Below, piece by piece: positions 38,998 through 50,800 of a DNA stretch of 64,000 nt. A program made the translations under genes and the position numbers. Every line of letters starts with the position of its first letter. Position 1 is the stretch's first letter. The stretch lies in assembly GCF_006345805.1 (NCBI RefSeq), contig NC_043000.1, positions 88,164,001 to 88,228,000 on the forward strand. The letters run 5' to 3'. Source of the stretch: Octopus sinensis (lineage: Eukaryota). Below the pieces are notes generated by a model. That model was given only the letters and a program-made list of their open reading frames with translations, ran no database searches and was not told the origin of the DNA.

Positions 38998-41301
38998 ATG
39001 GCAACTAGAAACCACGTGGCTAGCCGCCAGTCATGAGAACGGTAGCAAAAACACTATTGCTACCACTGGCTACTAAACATCGCAGCGTGAACACCGCTGT
39101 CACCACCATCACCACCACCACCAACAACAACAACAAATCTAACGCCGCACTCACCATCGCCACTGGCCACCACGAGGCTGAGTTGCAAGTGAAGCGTGAC
39201 GCAAGAAACAGAAAAACAGGATGCTCTGTTAGCATACGCCGAACCTGACAACTCCACCACCATCAAGCAGCAACAAATACAAAACAAAGGTCGCAAGGCC
39301 AAGCACCGTCAACACCATCAGTGAGTCAACCACCACCACCAAAACCATGGCAGAATCTGCTACTAAAACTGCTATCCCTACTAAAGATATCGCCACCAAT
39401 AACAACACCAGCATCACCATCACCGCCACCAAAGACCGTGCCGTCAATGCTACTAATACTACCAAACACCACCGCCGTCACCAAGAACGACAATAACAAC
39501 AACAACAACAACAACAACGACGACAACAACAATTCCCTTCAACACTGCTCACTCCATCACCAACAAGTGAAAAAATAACGACGACAAGCAAACGAAATGC
39601 CGAAATTGCGCTAATGCAGGACTAAATTACGCAGGCAATTTTCCCACCTTGCTAGTTGCATAATCAGCAACCACAAACCTACAAACCACACCCCTGCCAT
39701 CAACACCAACACCACCGGCAGTAACAACAATAACAAAACAACAACAAACTTCGCCGAGGCGATAAAAGAAAAGGTAACAAAAGTTTCGTTACTACACAAC
39801 AGATTAAAGATTGCAGAAGAAACTTATTACAAATCAAAACGGAAAAATACTCTTACACATACCTCAGCACATACTGAATGAGGAGAAAAAAAGACAATTG
39901 TATATAAAATCACAAATAAAAAACAAAAAGTCCAGAAAAGGCAAGCACAGACAAAGTCGAAAAGTGCTTACGCCCCATCTGGGGATACAAGGATTGTGTG
40001 ACTTGGGCGAACAAGTTCGCACACGTACAGGTGGTTTTCAGAATGAAGAGTTGGCGAAGAAATTCTCAACGATAACCCTTCATTCTGATGAACTAACGTT
40101 AACACCGAGTTACCTCGGCCAGAAGGTGACGAAAGTCATTATCAGTGGTGTCCCCCAAGTGACTACAACACTGTGGATTACATCCGCATAACATCCGAAA
40201 TGGAGGACTTAAACATCCTAGATATCGGTGTTTCGGAAAACAAGGACTGGCTGGGAAAGAGAATAGAGTTCCTCTTCCACATAAGTCAAGAGGACATAAA
40301 TAAAATCCCCACCCACGTACATCTGAGGATGGCCGCAAGTTATACGTAGTAGTCGAGGGCAGAAGGCCACGATGCATACATGTGGCAGTGAGGCACACCT
40401 CAAAAAGGAGTGCAAATCTGCCGCAAAATTACAACAAAACAACAGCCACAGGAAAAATCACAAAAGCCAGGATTATTGCCCACACCACAATATGGACAGC
40501 TAGTCAAGAAGCTGTATGCGGAAATGCAGGAAAAACAACAAAGAACAAGCCACCCCAACCAAACAACACCAACACCAGCGCCAAGAACAGAATCATCACC
40601 AACCAACAACAAATAAAACCAATTCCAACACCAAGAACGACAGCACAAAACCCAAAGGAACAGAAAAACAAAGAAGAAAACACACACAAACTGATCCCCC
40701 ATCCTTATACCGCACTCAACACACACAAACACTCAACAACCAAAAACAACGAAAACAACAACACAACCACTTACACAGACATACATAGAAGCCCACAACA
40801 TACCCCTACCCCCTTCTGATTCCTCAGAAATTTCGTCGGAAGACGAAACCAGTGAGGAATGGCAAATAGCTACAAAAAGAAGGAAAATAAGAGAGCAGAA
40901 ACACAACCAAAACCAATGCAAACACGAACAAAGCAGGGGAAAATACATCTCCCGAAGACATTTCAAAAACCAACGCAAACAACAGCCACACCAACACCAC
41001 AAAAACATATACAGCAAACATGCTCACACAGCCATAGACACCAAAAACACAAATTTGATGGAATACATCCAATCAAAAACAACATAACAGAAGAGGACAT
41101 AAAAACAAACAATCACCCATACACAACACCACCAGACCACATCAAAATATTACACATCTCCAAAAGTCTGCACCACACACTCAAAGGCATTTCCCCAGTG
41201 CGGTTGGTAAATGCCAAAAATATCTCACAAAGAAACTGTACTGGGATCTTCTCGAGGACAAACCAACGGAGGAGAAAGCAAAAATTTCGAGCAGTAAGTA
41301 A
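38998..41301 (+). CDS. LINE ORF1 (gag-like, frameshifted): Thr/Asn/Pro-rich N-terminus, central ordered domain, CCHC zinc knuckle, Gln/Thr/Lys-rich tail
   Basis: ATG at 38998 (MATRNHVASRQS). VVEGRRPRC-x-CGSEAHLKKEC at ~40347-40413 gives CX2CX4HX4C after restoring one missing base. SDSSEISSEDETSEEWQIATKRRK acidic/basic patch. Likely end YWDLLEDKPTEEKAKISSSK* at 41301. Confidence 0.65.
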
Positions 41302-41328
41302 CCCTCTGTATTCTAATTCATTAGAACT

Positions 41329-44300
41329 ATGATCAAGATTGGTTGTGTAAATGCGCGTGGCTTGGGGTCCCCTTGGAAACAAGGGTACCTCTTAAATGAC
41401 ATAAAGTCACATAAGTTAGAAATCATAGCCATAAGCGAGACCAGACTCCACAATCCGCGGGCCCTAAAGACCATGTTTGGCGGACAGTTCAACATTTATT
41501 TTTCCCCCTGTCTGCCGAGAATGGGCGGTAGTGGCCGCGGGTACTTTTTCACAAGAGTCTGGATCTCAAAGTAAGGACAATATTCGTAGACCGGAGGGTA
41601 GACTGGTCGTCCTGGATGTCGACGGCAGCAATGGGTGCGCTTTTCGACTCGTATCAGTTTACGCACCGCCCTTAACAGGTCGGCGGATTTCTTTCAACGT
41701 CTAGAAGTTTTCTTGGGAACGTCTCGTCCTTTACTCTTAGTGGGGGATTGGAATGCTACCTTGGACACGCATGTAGACTACGTGGGTAGAGATAGGAATA
41801 GACGGGGATGCAAATGCCTCAGAGACCTGCTCAGACGCTTTCAACTGTCTGACAGGTTCCGACTAGACCACCCGAATGCGCCAACGTGGACATGGAGCAA
41901 CCGCATCGGGTCGTCGAGATCGTATGATAGGATACTGTGTAGGACAGTAGATAGAGATAGCATAGGATGTCCACATTTCCACATAGTCAGCTACACGGAT
42001 CACAAACTTGTGACATGTACGCTAGACTTCGGTAAGACACTTAGGCAGGGTCCCGGATACTGGAAACTAAACGCGTCTTTCCCATCGAGACAGGTTTTCA
42101 GAGACCGGATAGCACACTAGTAAAGAGGGCTTTGACGGGAGCCATCATCAACAAACAATGGTGGTTTGCCCTCAAGAGAGCAGTAAAAGCAGAAGCGATT
42201 AGGTACAGCAAAGCACTAGCCATAGATAGAAATAGAGTAGAGGGTGAGCTAGTTAAGAAGCTAGAAGAGGCAATTAGAAGCGGCATCGCATCCGACGTTT
42301 TGGCGGCGAGGTTGGCCCTCGACCAACACTTCAACGCCAAACACGAAGGATGTGCTGTCAGAGCTAGGATGCGTGCTCTAAGGAACGAAGGTGTTGGAGC
42401 CGCGAGAGAGCCCGGGTGGCAGAGGCGCAACAGGGCAACAAAGCCACCATTCGGTCACTGGTAGATGAACAGGGGCGCGAATTGCTCGAGCCAAATAAAA
42501 TGTGTGAGGCCTTTCAGCAACATTTTGCCCGACTGTTCGGAACGAGTGGAGGGCAAGAACGTAGGGTGGACTTCAGTGCCTACCTACATAGCCTACCACG
42601 ACTCTCGACAAGAAAGGCAGGGTGCTGCGAAGGTGCCATCACGGCGGCGGAAGTGCGGGAAGCGATGGCAGAATGCTCGAGGGACAAATCACCGGGGTTG
42701 GATGGTCTACCCTACGAGCTTTACAATTGTATGCCAGACTTGTTGGAGATCTCTTGGCGGCGGGTGTACTGCAACTGGCAGCAAAACGGGAGCATTCCTG
42801 GTTTTGTGAGCCGAGGAGCCGTAACACTGCTGAAGAAAGATCTAAACAAGGGAAATGTAATAGATAACTTTAGGCCCATCACTCTGCTTAATGCAGACTT
42901 GAAAATTTTGGCCAAGGTGTTAGCCAAGAGGTTGGCGCTTGTCATCGAGAAAACTGGTCGACAAGGCGCAAAAAGCGCCGTGCCAGGCCGGACCATCCAT
43001 GACAACCTCCATCTGATGCGCTACATCATAGACAGGGTAGTTAACGAACCTGGCATGGGTGGGGCCCTGATCAACTTGGATCATCGAAAGCCTTTGATGG
43101 GGTAGACCATCGATACTTGGAGGCAGTCCTGAGAGCGGCTGGTTTCGGTCCCGTCTTCCGCGGCTGGATAGCTGCCTTGTACAGAGGCATCCGTTCGGTA
43201 ATTCGCGTAAATGGACATCTATCGAGACCTTTCGACATTGCACGTTCGGTCCGTCAGGGATGCCCCCTCTCGGCGCTTCTATACGTATTGACTCTTGAGC
43301 CACTATGCGGAAGCTGGCGACTCTAAGGGGCATCCCGCGAGAATTGGGATGCGGGACGAGCGTGTCTGCATACGCGGACGACCGTCACCGTCATAGTGTC
43401 AAGCCACGAGCACATCGAGCTGGTCGGTGAGACACTGAAAAACTACGAAGCGGTGACAGGAGCGAAAATCAACCGGGAAAAGTCAGTGGGCTTGCGACTA
43501 GGCACCTGGAGAAGCAAGCCCATGCCGTCCACCAGCGCCTCCGTCGTGGGACGCTGGACCGACGGCCCGGTTGAGTTGCTCGGGGTCTGGTTTGGTCCGG
43601 ACCTCCAAGTGGAGAAGAACTGGAACGAGATAACGAGTAGGGTGGTCACTCTCGCCCGGCAATGGGCCGAGGAGGAAACTGTCCCTAAAAGGTCGAGCGG
43701 AGGTGGCGAACACGTACATCGCGTCCGTCATCTACTACCGCCTGACCGTCGTACCTTGTCCCGACCCTACCATCACCAACTAAAACGCATCCTCTTTCGC
43801 TTCTTGTGGAAAGGATGCGTCCCGATGGTCAGGCGATCCATTTGCTGTCAACACCCGTTAAAAGGAGGGCTGGGCATGCCGTGGTTGATGATGCGCAGAC
43901 ACGCGCTGAGACTGCGACATCTCTGGCTCTATGTAGACGACGGTGAACAGGTGTGGTCGCCGTTTGTGAGGCACGCTTTCCCGCAGCTCGTCTCCATGAC
44001 CGAACTGCAGTCGTGGATCAAAAAGAGGCCGAGGAAGGGCGAATGGCACCGCGAGTGTCGCGTTGCTCTCAAGCAACTCTGCCGTCCTGGGTCGACCTTA
44101 AGTGACTTCAACACAACCAAAGCATTCTATAGGGGTTAGTGGAGGGGAGGTACGACGACGAGCTCGGGGCGAACCTGGACGTCGACGAGGAGTACCTGAC
44201 CCGCCTGTTCGGGACGACTTTCGGGCCAGGGCCCATGGACAACTTCCAGAGATCCCTGGCCTGGCAGTGCTACCGAGAAGCGCTACCCGTTCGGGATAAG

Positions 44301-44752
44301 CTCTACAGACACGGCTCGAGAAACACGGGGCCGACCTGCGAGATGCGGTCAGAGCGACGAAACCGTTCTGCACGCACTCGTTCAGTGTCCAACAATTTCC
44401 GACCTGTGGGCTTATGTCGAAACAACTGCTGTCACGTGTGGGACGAGTCGGTTTATCAGCTGAGTCTATCGTCAATATTGTCACGCCTCCTTCCTTCAAA
44501 CGGGAAGGAAGAGCTATTTTCATCATCCTTGTGGCTATGGCGAAAGAATGTATCTGGTGGACGCGTGAAAGGATTGGAGACAAACACTTTCCTCTCTGGT
44601 CAATCTCTCATCAACTTCTTCAAGTACCACTTGAAAAGGAAAGTGAGAGTAGAGAGGCAAGTTTTGTCTAGCGAATGTTTTAAAAAAAGATGGGTGAATG
44701 TAGCAAGAATGGCACGTATGAATGACGAAGCCACCTGAGCATAGTCCTATGA
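41329..44752 (+). CDS. LINE ORF2: apurinic-type endonuclease, reverse transcriptase and C-terminal zinc finger (multiple frameshifts in this assembly)
   Basis: APE motifs: CVNARGL, IIAISETR, VSVYAP, LLVGDWNA, TDHKLV, YWKLN. RT motifs: SPGLDGLPYELY, FRPITLLNADLKILAK, GRTIHDN, VRQGCPLS, AYADD, GAKINREKS, LLGVWF. The corrected end EATLSIVL* is taken from the sister copy. Confidence 0.9.
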
Positions 44753-44960
44753 GCCCAGAAATCGAAAACAGAGAGTTGCTTATTTGCAAAAAAAAAAAAA
44801 AAAAAAAAAGAAAATAAAATGTGACTTCATTGACCGAGGTTACCGTGGTCTTTTCCGTAGGCTTTTCTTTCCACGGGTAAACCTCACCTGTCCTCCCCTT
44901 TACACTTCATATTGACTTTCTGTGATAACGATCCCTATTGATCAATTTTTTTTCCTCTCC

Positions 44961-44993
<33 letters not shown>

Positions 44994-45054
44994 CCCCCCC
45001 TTTTTTTGTCCTCTTTCTCTCCCTTTACGATCCCTTTGATCGAAACTCCCCTTT

Positions 45055-45089
<35 letters not shown>

Positions 45090-45299
45090 CTTCAAAAGAA
45101 AAGCTCTACCTTGTAATTTGTTCTATCTGTGTGCAGCCCTGTGTGGCTAATAAAGAAACATATCTATCTACCTATCTATCTATCTATTTATCTATATATC
45201 TATCATCTATCTATCATCTATCTATCTATCTATCTATATATATATATATATATATGAATAAATAAATGGAGTTTAACGCAGGTGTAATCAAAATTTTTA

Positions 45300-45383
45300 C
45301 TTTCGACACATGTTTCGAAAATTCCACTGATACTATTCAAAAGAATAAATGGTATAAACAATGCAAATTTCTCCTCAGGAAAG
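45300..45383 (-). ncRNA. Type-I hammerhead ribozyme with extended stem II (3' pLTR copy)
   Basis: Minus strand reads ctttc-CTGAGGA-gaaatt...aattttc-GAAAC-atgt-GTC-gaaag. Confidence 0.8.
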
Positions 45384-45586
45384 TGAAAAAAAGTGAAACT
45401 CGTCAATAAGACATTTTAGCAAAAAAATGATGGATTTGTATAGCGATAGACAGAACGCTATTAATATGTTTAAAAAAACGTATATGATGATATAACGTCA
45501 TAAGTAGCTAACAGAAAGGTAGGGATACCAATAGTGAATGTTAATATAAAGGAAATTAAAGTTTAAATTATATATAATGATAGAGA

Positions 45587-46790
45587 CTACTTATATGCAC
45601 TAAATGTATGTTTTTGCCAATGCTTACATCTGTATGCTCGTTCTATAACCGTGTTTACTAGAGTATTTTTAGAAAAAATAATGAAAAATAGCTCAGAATT
45701 GCAGAGAAGACAGAATTCCTTGCCTTTGTCATATGGTATCGAAATTGAGAGAATCAACCATTCTAAATGAAATTGTTCATTGTGGTCTTTTAAATCCCAA
45801 ATTAGTTTGCTGAGACCAGTACTATTACGTTTATTTCTATCCCTAAATGTTGAGTAATGGATAGAAATTCTTTTAGATAACTCTAACGATGTGCTTCCAA
45901 TGTAAAATCGTACTTTATTACGAGTACTGATTATACACTGGTATATAGAATTTTTAATCTTAGAGTTACTTGACATAAACTTAATTCTATTGGAATTGAC
46001 TTCAGATACAATAACCTTGTTATTAATATTTCTAGAGGGTTGGATGGTATTAGCTAAATTAATGTTAGTATTAGTAAATGTATTAATATTTAACTGTTTG
46101 TTATTATGTGAAGAGATAATTTGCAAGAGATTTTTTGTGTTTGAAAAACATATCCTAACATTATGTGAATTGATAATAGAGTAGTATCAAGAATTGTTTG
46201 GAAAATTCCTAGCAATAGCTTGACGAAACAGCAGTGGGAGATTAGATTTAATTTGTCTCCCGTAAGGAATTATTAACCAAATATTTTTACTAGTATTCAT
46301 AGCGTAATTACTTTTGAAGGTGTTATATTTACTTTTAGATCGATAATAGGGGATTAAATAAGGGTTATCTGCCTTCATTCGCTTTGTATCGGTGCGTAAA
46401 TTATGTTTGTTATCAATAATTCTTTTACGACTAGAAATCTTATCTACATTATTGAATTTACAATTAAACTGAGCAGAATCAATGTAGAAAATTTTCTTTG
46501 TATAACCTGCTTTAATTAAGGCAGAGTTATAGAATTCAGCGTTATTATTGAAAATATCAACATTAGCAGATAATTTAGATAATCTAAATGAAATATTCTT
46601 AATTAAGTTCTTTGTAATTGCTCCAGGATGATTACTAAATTTGCTAATGTACTTAAGATTGGTCAACGGTTTACGATATTGGAAGTAAGAGTCAGTGTAA
46701 ATTAAGCGTAATATCTAAAAAGTTGGCCTTCGTCATATCGTCATCAAAAACGATTTTTGGGCCCATTCTACTGAAAAAATTAACTAAAGG
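45587..46790 (-). pseudogene. PLE polyprotein C-terminal half: RT thumb, linker and GIY-YIG endonuclease
   Basis: ORFs 46187..46666 and 45587..46126 are in the same frame, separated by one TGA (46187-46189). EN motifs: NSIYQC...FYIGST, SKLIWDLK, CLLCNSE, CKHWQK. One frameshift near 46700. Confidence 0.88.
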
Positions 46791-47122
46791 AATTCTGTCT
46801 TCTCTGCAATTCTGAGCTATATTTCATTATTTTTTCTAAAAATACTCTAGTAAACACGGTTATAGAACGAGCATACAGATGTAAGCATTGGCAAAAACAT
46901 ACATTTAGTGCATATAAGTAGTCTCTATCATTATATATAATTTAAACTTTAATTTCCTTTATATTTAACATTCACTATTGGTATCCCTACTCTTTCTGTT
47001 AGCTACTTATGACGTTATATCATATAACGTTTTTTTAAACAATATTAATAGCGTTCTGTCTATCGCTATACAAATCCATCATTTTTTGCTAAAATGTCTT
47101 ATTGACGAGTTTCGTTTTTTTC

Positions 47123-47208
47123 ACTTTCCTGAGGAGAAGATTGCATTGTTTATACCATTTATTCATTTGAATAGTATCAGTGGAATTTTCGAAACATGTG
47201 TCGAAAGT
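47123..47208 (+). ncRNA. Type-I hammerhead ribozyme with extended stem II (inverted pLTR copy)
   Basis: actttc [I] CTGAGGA gaagatt-gcattg-tttatac-cattt-attcatttgaata-gtat-cagtg-gaattttc [II] GAAAC atgt GTC gaaagt [I']. Confidence 0.8.
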
Positions 47209-47398
47209 AAAAATATTTGATTACACCTGCGTTAAACTCCATTTATTTATTCATATATTATTCAAAATATTCAACGTAAACACGAAGTTTCTACCTTTAT
47301 AAACAAGAGTTACAACATCTTTACTGCGAGATTTTAGCTACCCGGTAACTATTTATTTATTTTTTCCGTGTTAATTGGTAACAAGGTAAAAAATACAC

Positions 47399-47445
<47 letters not shown>

Positions 47446-48099
47446 TATTATATATGTATGTATATATGTGTGCGTGTATTATATTTATGTATAAACATTA
47501 AAAAATAAATCCACTCCAAAGAGCTCAATTAATATCAGGTTGTTGAAGTCCAGCCTATTATTACATGACAGTCAATTTAAATCAGTTAAATTTGCATCTA
47601 TATACACAATGGCTAAACTGATCACTAAGCACAACATAGCGCAACTTGGAAAATGTCCATCAGAAAGTTATAACCTTATAACCTTCTGATAGACATTCAT
47701 TGTCGTAGTGGAGAACTTTGGTGCTTAAATGACTCGGCACTGAGAACTATGCTAATACTCTTGTTTGGGCAACTCATGGCAGTGATGTCGAAAAAGAGAG
47801 AGAACACAATTTGAACACGAGCGACATCGTTACAAGACACTCGAATGTGAAACAAGTGGATGTAGACAACAGTAATGATTGATCTAATTGATGTTGGAAA
47901 TAGCGGTGAAGGAAAACGCCAAAGAGACTGGCAAAGAGGGCTCAACGTGAACCTGCAGCCGATTAGCGGCAGTTCGGTGCAATTTCAACACCGGTCACTA
48001 TCTGTCTTATACTACATATACTGCAGAGGATGTGTGTGTGTTATTTGCTTCAAACTTGAGGGCCACCTGAAATAAATCTTAATCGATGAATATTTTGGA

Positions 48100-48420
48100 G
48101 ATATTTATCTATTTACTTGCCTACCTATCTACTTAAATATTTACTTTCCTACTTAACTACCCTTCTATCTATCCACCAACCTGTCTATCTGTCTACCAAC
48201 TTACTTTTCTGCTTAAATTTCTACTTACATATTTGCATACCTCCCAATTAACTACTTATCTACCTACCGACTTACCTATCTACCTGTCTTCTTACCTGTC
48301 TACCTACATATCAACTTACACTTCTACTTACCAACCTTTCTACCTACCTACCGAGCTACCTACCTAGCTACCTAGATACCTACCTACATACCTACCTGCC
48401 TATCTACCTATCTACCTACC
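48100..48420. repeat. Degenerate (CTAC/CTAT)n microsatellite
   Basis: Direct reading. Confidence 0.85.
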
Positions 48421-48451
48421 TCCTGGACGGGACGCCAGTCCATCGCAGCGT

Positions 48452-48516
48452 TATATATATATATATATATATTATATGTATATATATGTATATATGTATA
48501 TATATATATATATTAT

Positions 48517-48574
<58 letters not shown>

Positions 48575-48632
48575 TATATATATATATATAATATATATAT
48601 ATGTATATATGTATATATATATTATATATATG

Positions 48633-48675
<43 letters not shown>
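48452..48675. repeat. Long (TA)n microsatellite
   Basis: Direct reading. Other long (TA)n tracts at ~11185-11360, ~15155-15220, ~15955-16020, ~18995-19040, ~23730-23782, ~26880-27078, ~34540-34625 and ~49720-49870. Confidence 0.97.
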
Positions 48676-48678
<3 letters not shown>

Positions 48679-48689
48679 TGAGTGTGTAT

Positions 48690-48910
48690 ATTTATCTGTA
48701 TCTGTGTCTGTGTTTGAACCCCTGCTGCCATCGTTTGACAACCGATGTTGGTGTATTTATATCCCAGTAACTTAGCAGTTCGTTGATATGATGGTTAGAA
48801 TAAGTACTATGCTTACAAAGAATAAGTTCCGGGGTCGATTTGTTCGTCTAAAGGCAGTGCTCCAGCATAGCTGCAGTCAACATGACTGAAACTACAAGAA
48901 TAAAAGAATA
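48690..48910 (+). mobile_element. SINE family A, 3' half
   Basis: catcgtttgacaaccgatgttggtg...ggggtcgatttgttcgtctaaaggcagtgctccagcatagctgcagtc, ending in an aagaata-type tail. Confidence 0.85.
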
Positions 48911-48965
48911 TTGTGTATTTGTGTGTGTGGGTGTATACACATAAATACATACATACATACATACA

Positions 48966-49001
<36 letters not shown>

Positions 49002-49030
49002 TATGTATGTATATATTAGTACACCTCCAC

Positions 49031-49081
<51 letters not shown>

Positions 49082-49740
49082 ATATATATATATGTGTGTG
49101 TGTGTGTGTGTATATGTATCTATACATCGCTCTGTATATTTAGACCACATGATACGTTAAAATAAATACATATGTTTATCTGTATGTATATATAATGTTA
49201 AGCCTATACAATAATGCATTCTCACACACCTAGATCCAACGCGTATCTTCTTACAAGTGTCGTCTTACGTACGTTCACACATACGAACTTTTATAATATT
49301 AACAGACACGCAATTATTGATCGTAAAATTGATGCTGCATATCATTGGTTTCTTTATTGAATTTCATCTTTTATTTCTTTTTCTTATTCAATTTTAACAA
49401 AAACAGGTTATGCTAGTGATAAATCACGCTTCATCTTGTGCAGTATTTTTTTCCCCATAAAAACTGAGACGCCTCAAATATTTTTGAAGAGAAAAATAAA
49501 GTCAGAAAGCTTTTACGACGATGGTGGTGGCTTTATAGAAGGCGACATAAATATTAGGTTTCAGATAGAGAAAATATAAAAACGCTTTCTTTAAAGAACA
49601 AATGGAAAATATTTTACGCACATACATACATACATACATACATACATACATACATACATACATACATACATACATACATACATGCATACATACATACATA
49701 CATACCTACATACACACACACACATATATATATATATATA

Positions 49741-49849
<109 letters not shown>

Positions 49850-50619
49850 TATATACATATATATGTATGTATGTATATATTTATGTACACACACACACAT
49901 AAACACATATGCACATATGCCAATATATGACAAGATCTGTTTCATTCAATAACGTTTACAGCTTTGTCATGGCCAAAAGTCAATGACAGGTGAGTGAATT
50001 GCGTTTGTGATATCCCATGTGTGTATGTTGGACAATATTGCTATTGAATTCTCTTTTTTCCTTATCAGAAATGTATTCATTGAGAGAGATGAAATAACAT
50101 ATAAACCCACCACTTCATCGAAAGTAGCTGGATAGCCTACTCAGAGTCTCATCTTTCTACGACTGATTAAAAATCTAGCAGATAGTAGTATTGTACTTCG
50201 AAGCAAGGTGTATGTAATAAAAAGAAAACTACTTCGCATTTTATGTGATGATAAGCATTCGTATCTCATTCTTAGGTTCCTCACTACAAAACTGATTAGG
50301 TGCCGTAAAAAGTAAGAAAACATTGTTTAACTACAGTAGCTGTGTAATTGGGAATATACTCTCATAAAAATTTCTAGATTTATATTTAGTATTCTTTTGA
50401 ATATAAGTTTAAAACCTGTCAAATATTTCTAGTCACTATACTCTGCTGATTGTTTGGTCACCTAGAACACACTGTACGGAAATAAACATCAATAACAAGA
50501 AAGACAACTACATTGGGAAGTTGTGAGGTGCTATTGTAGATGAATTACTAAAATTAGAATTTTTAACAGTAATCCTCTGACACCACAGGTCTTTATCAAC
50601 CATCTGGAAATAGTTGTTT

Positions 50620-50800
50620 CTGATAAGGCACAAGGCCAGAAGTTTTGTAGAGGAGGGGCATAGTCGATAGCACTGGCTCCACTTTTTTGGTTGGTTTTTT
50701 ATTATACCGATCTCAGAGGAATAAAATTCAAAGTTAATACCGGCAGGATTTGAACACATAACAAATACTGCAAGGTCTTGTTTTCGACGCCATATCGATC
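50620..50800 (-). mobile_element. SINE family B, diverged
   Basis: aaggcacaaggccagaagttttg...ggcaggatttgaac matches other family B copies. Confidence 0.6.

Larger units (their letters stand above)
38781..45160 (+). mobile_element. Near full-length Tx1/L1-clade non-LTR retrotransposon (~6.4 kb)
   Basis: 5' UTR, ORF1 with a CCHC knuckle, ORF2 with APE, RT and C-terminal zinc finger, then a pyrimidine-rich 3' UTR. Flanked both sides by (TATC)n. Confidence 0.92.
45251..47257 (-). mobile_element. 5'-truncated Penelope-like element (GIY-YIG at C-terminus) with inverted pseudo-LTR
   Basis: 45251-45721 is the reverse complement of 46787-47257. The minus strand encodes the RT end (ANFLDITLNL, YRKP, SNHP), a linker and a GIY-YIG domain. 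Confidence 0.92.

Noticed and set aside
41329-41332. ATGA stop/start overlap coupling ORF1 and ORF2
   Set aside because: It depends on the frame of ORF 40859..41332. The alternative frame ending ...KAKISSSK* at 41301 looks more protein-like, and local indels make the frame unreliable.
46187-46189. In-frame TGA in the PLE ORF as selenocysteine (as in some Naiad PLEs)
   Set aside because: It falls at FPNNS*YY, a position I expect to be basic rather than Cys. The element has a C-terminal EN, unlike Naiads, and no SECIS was recognised. A simple nonsense mutation is more likely.
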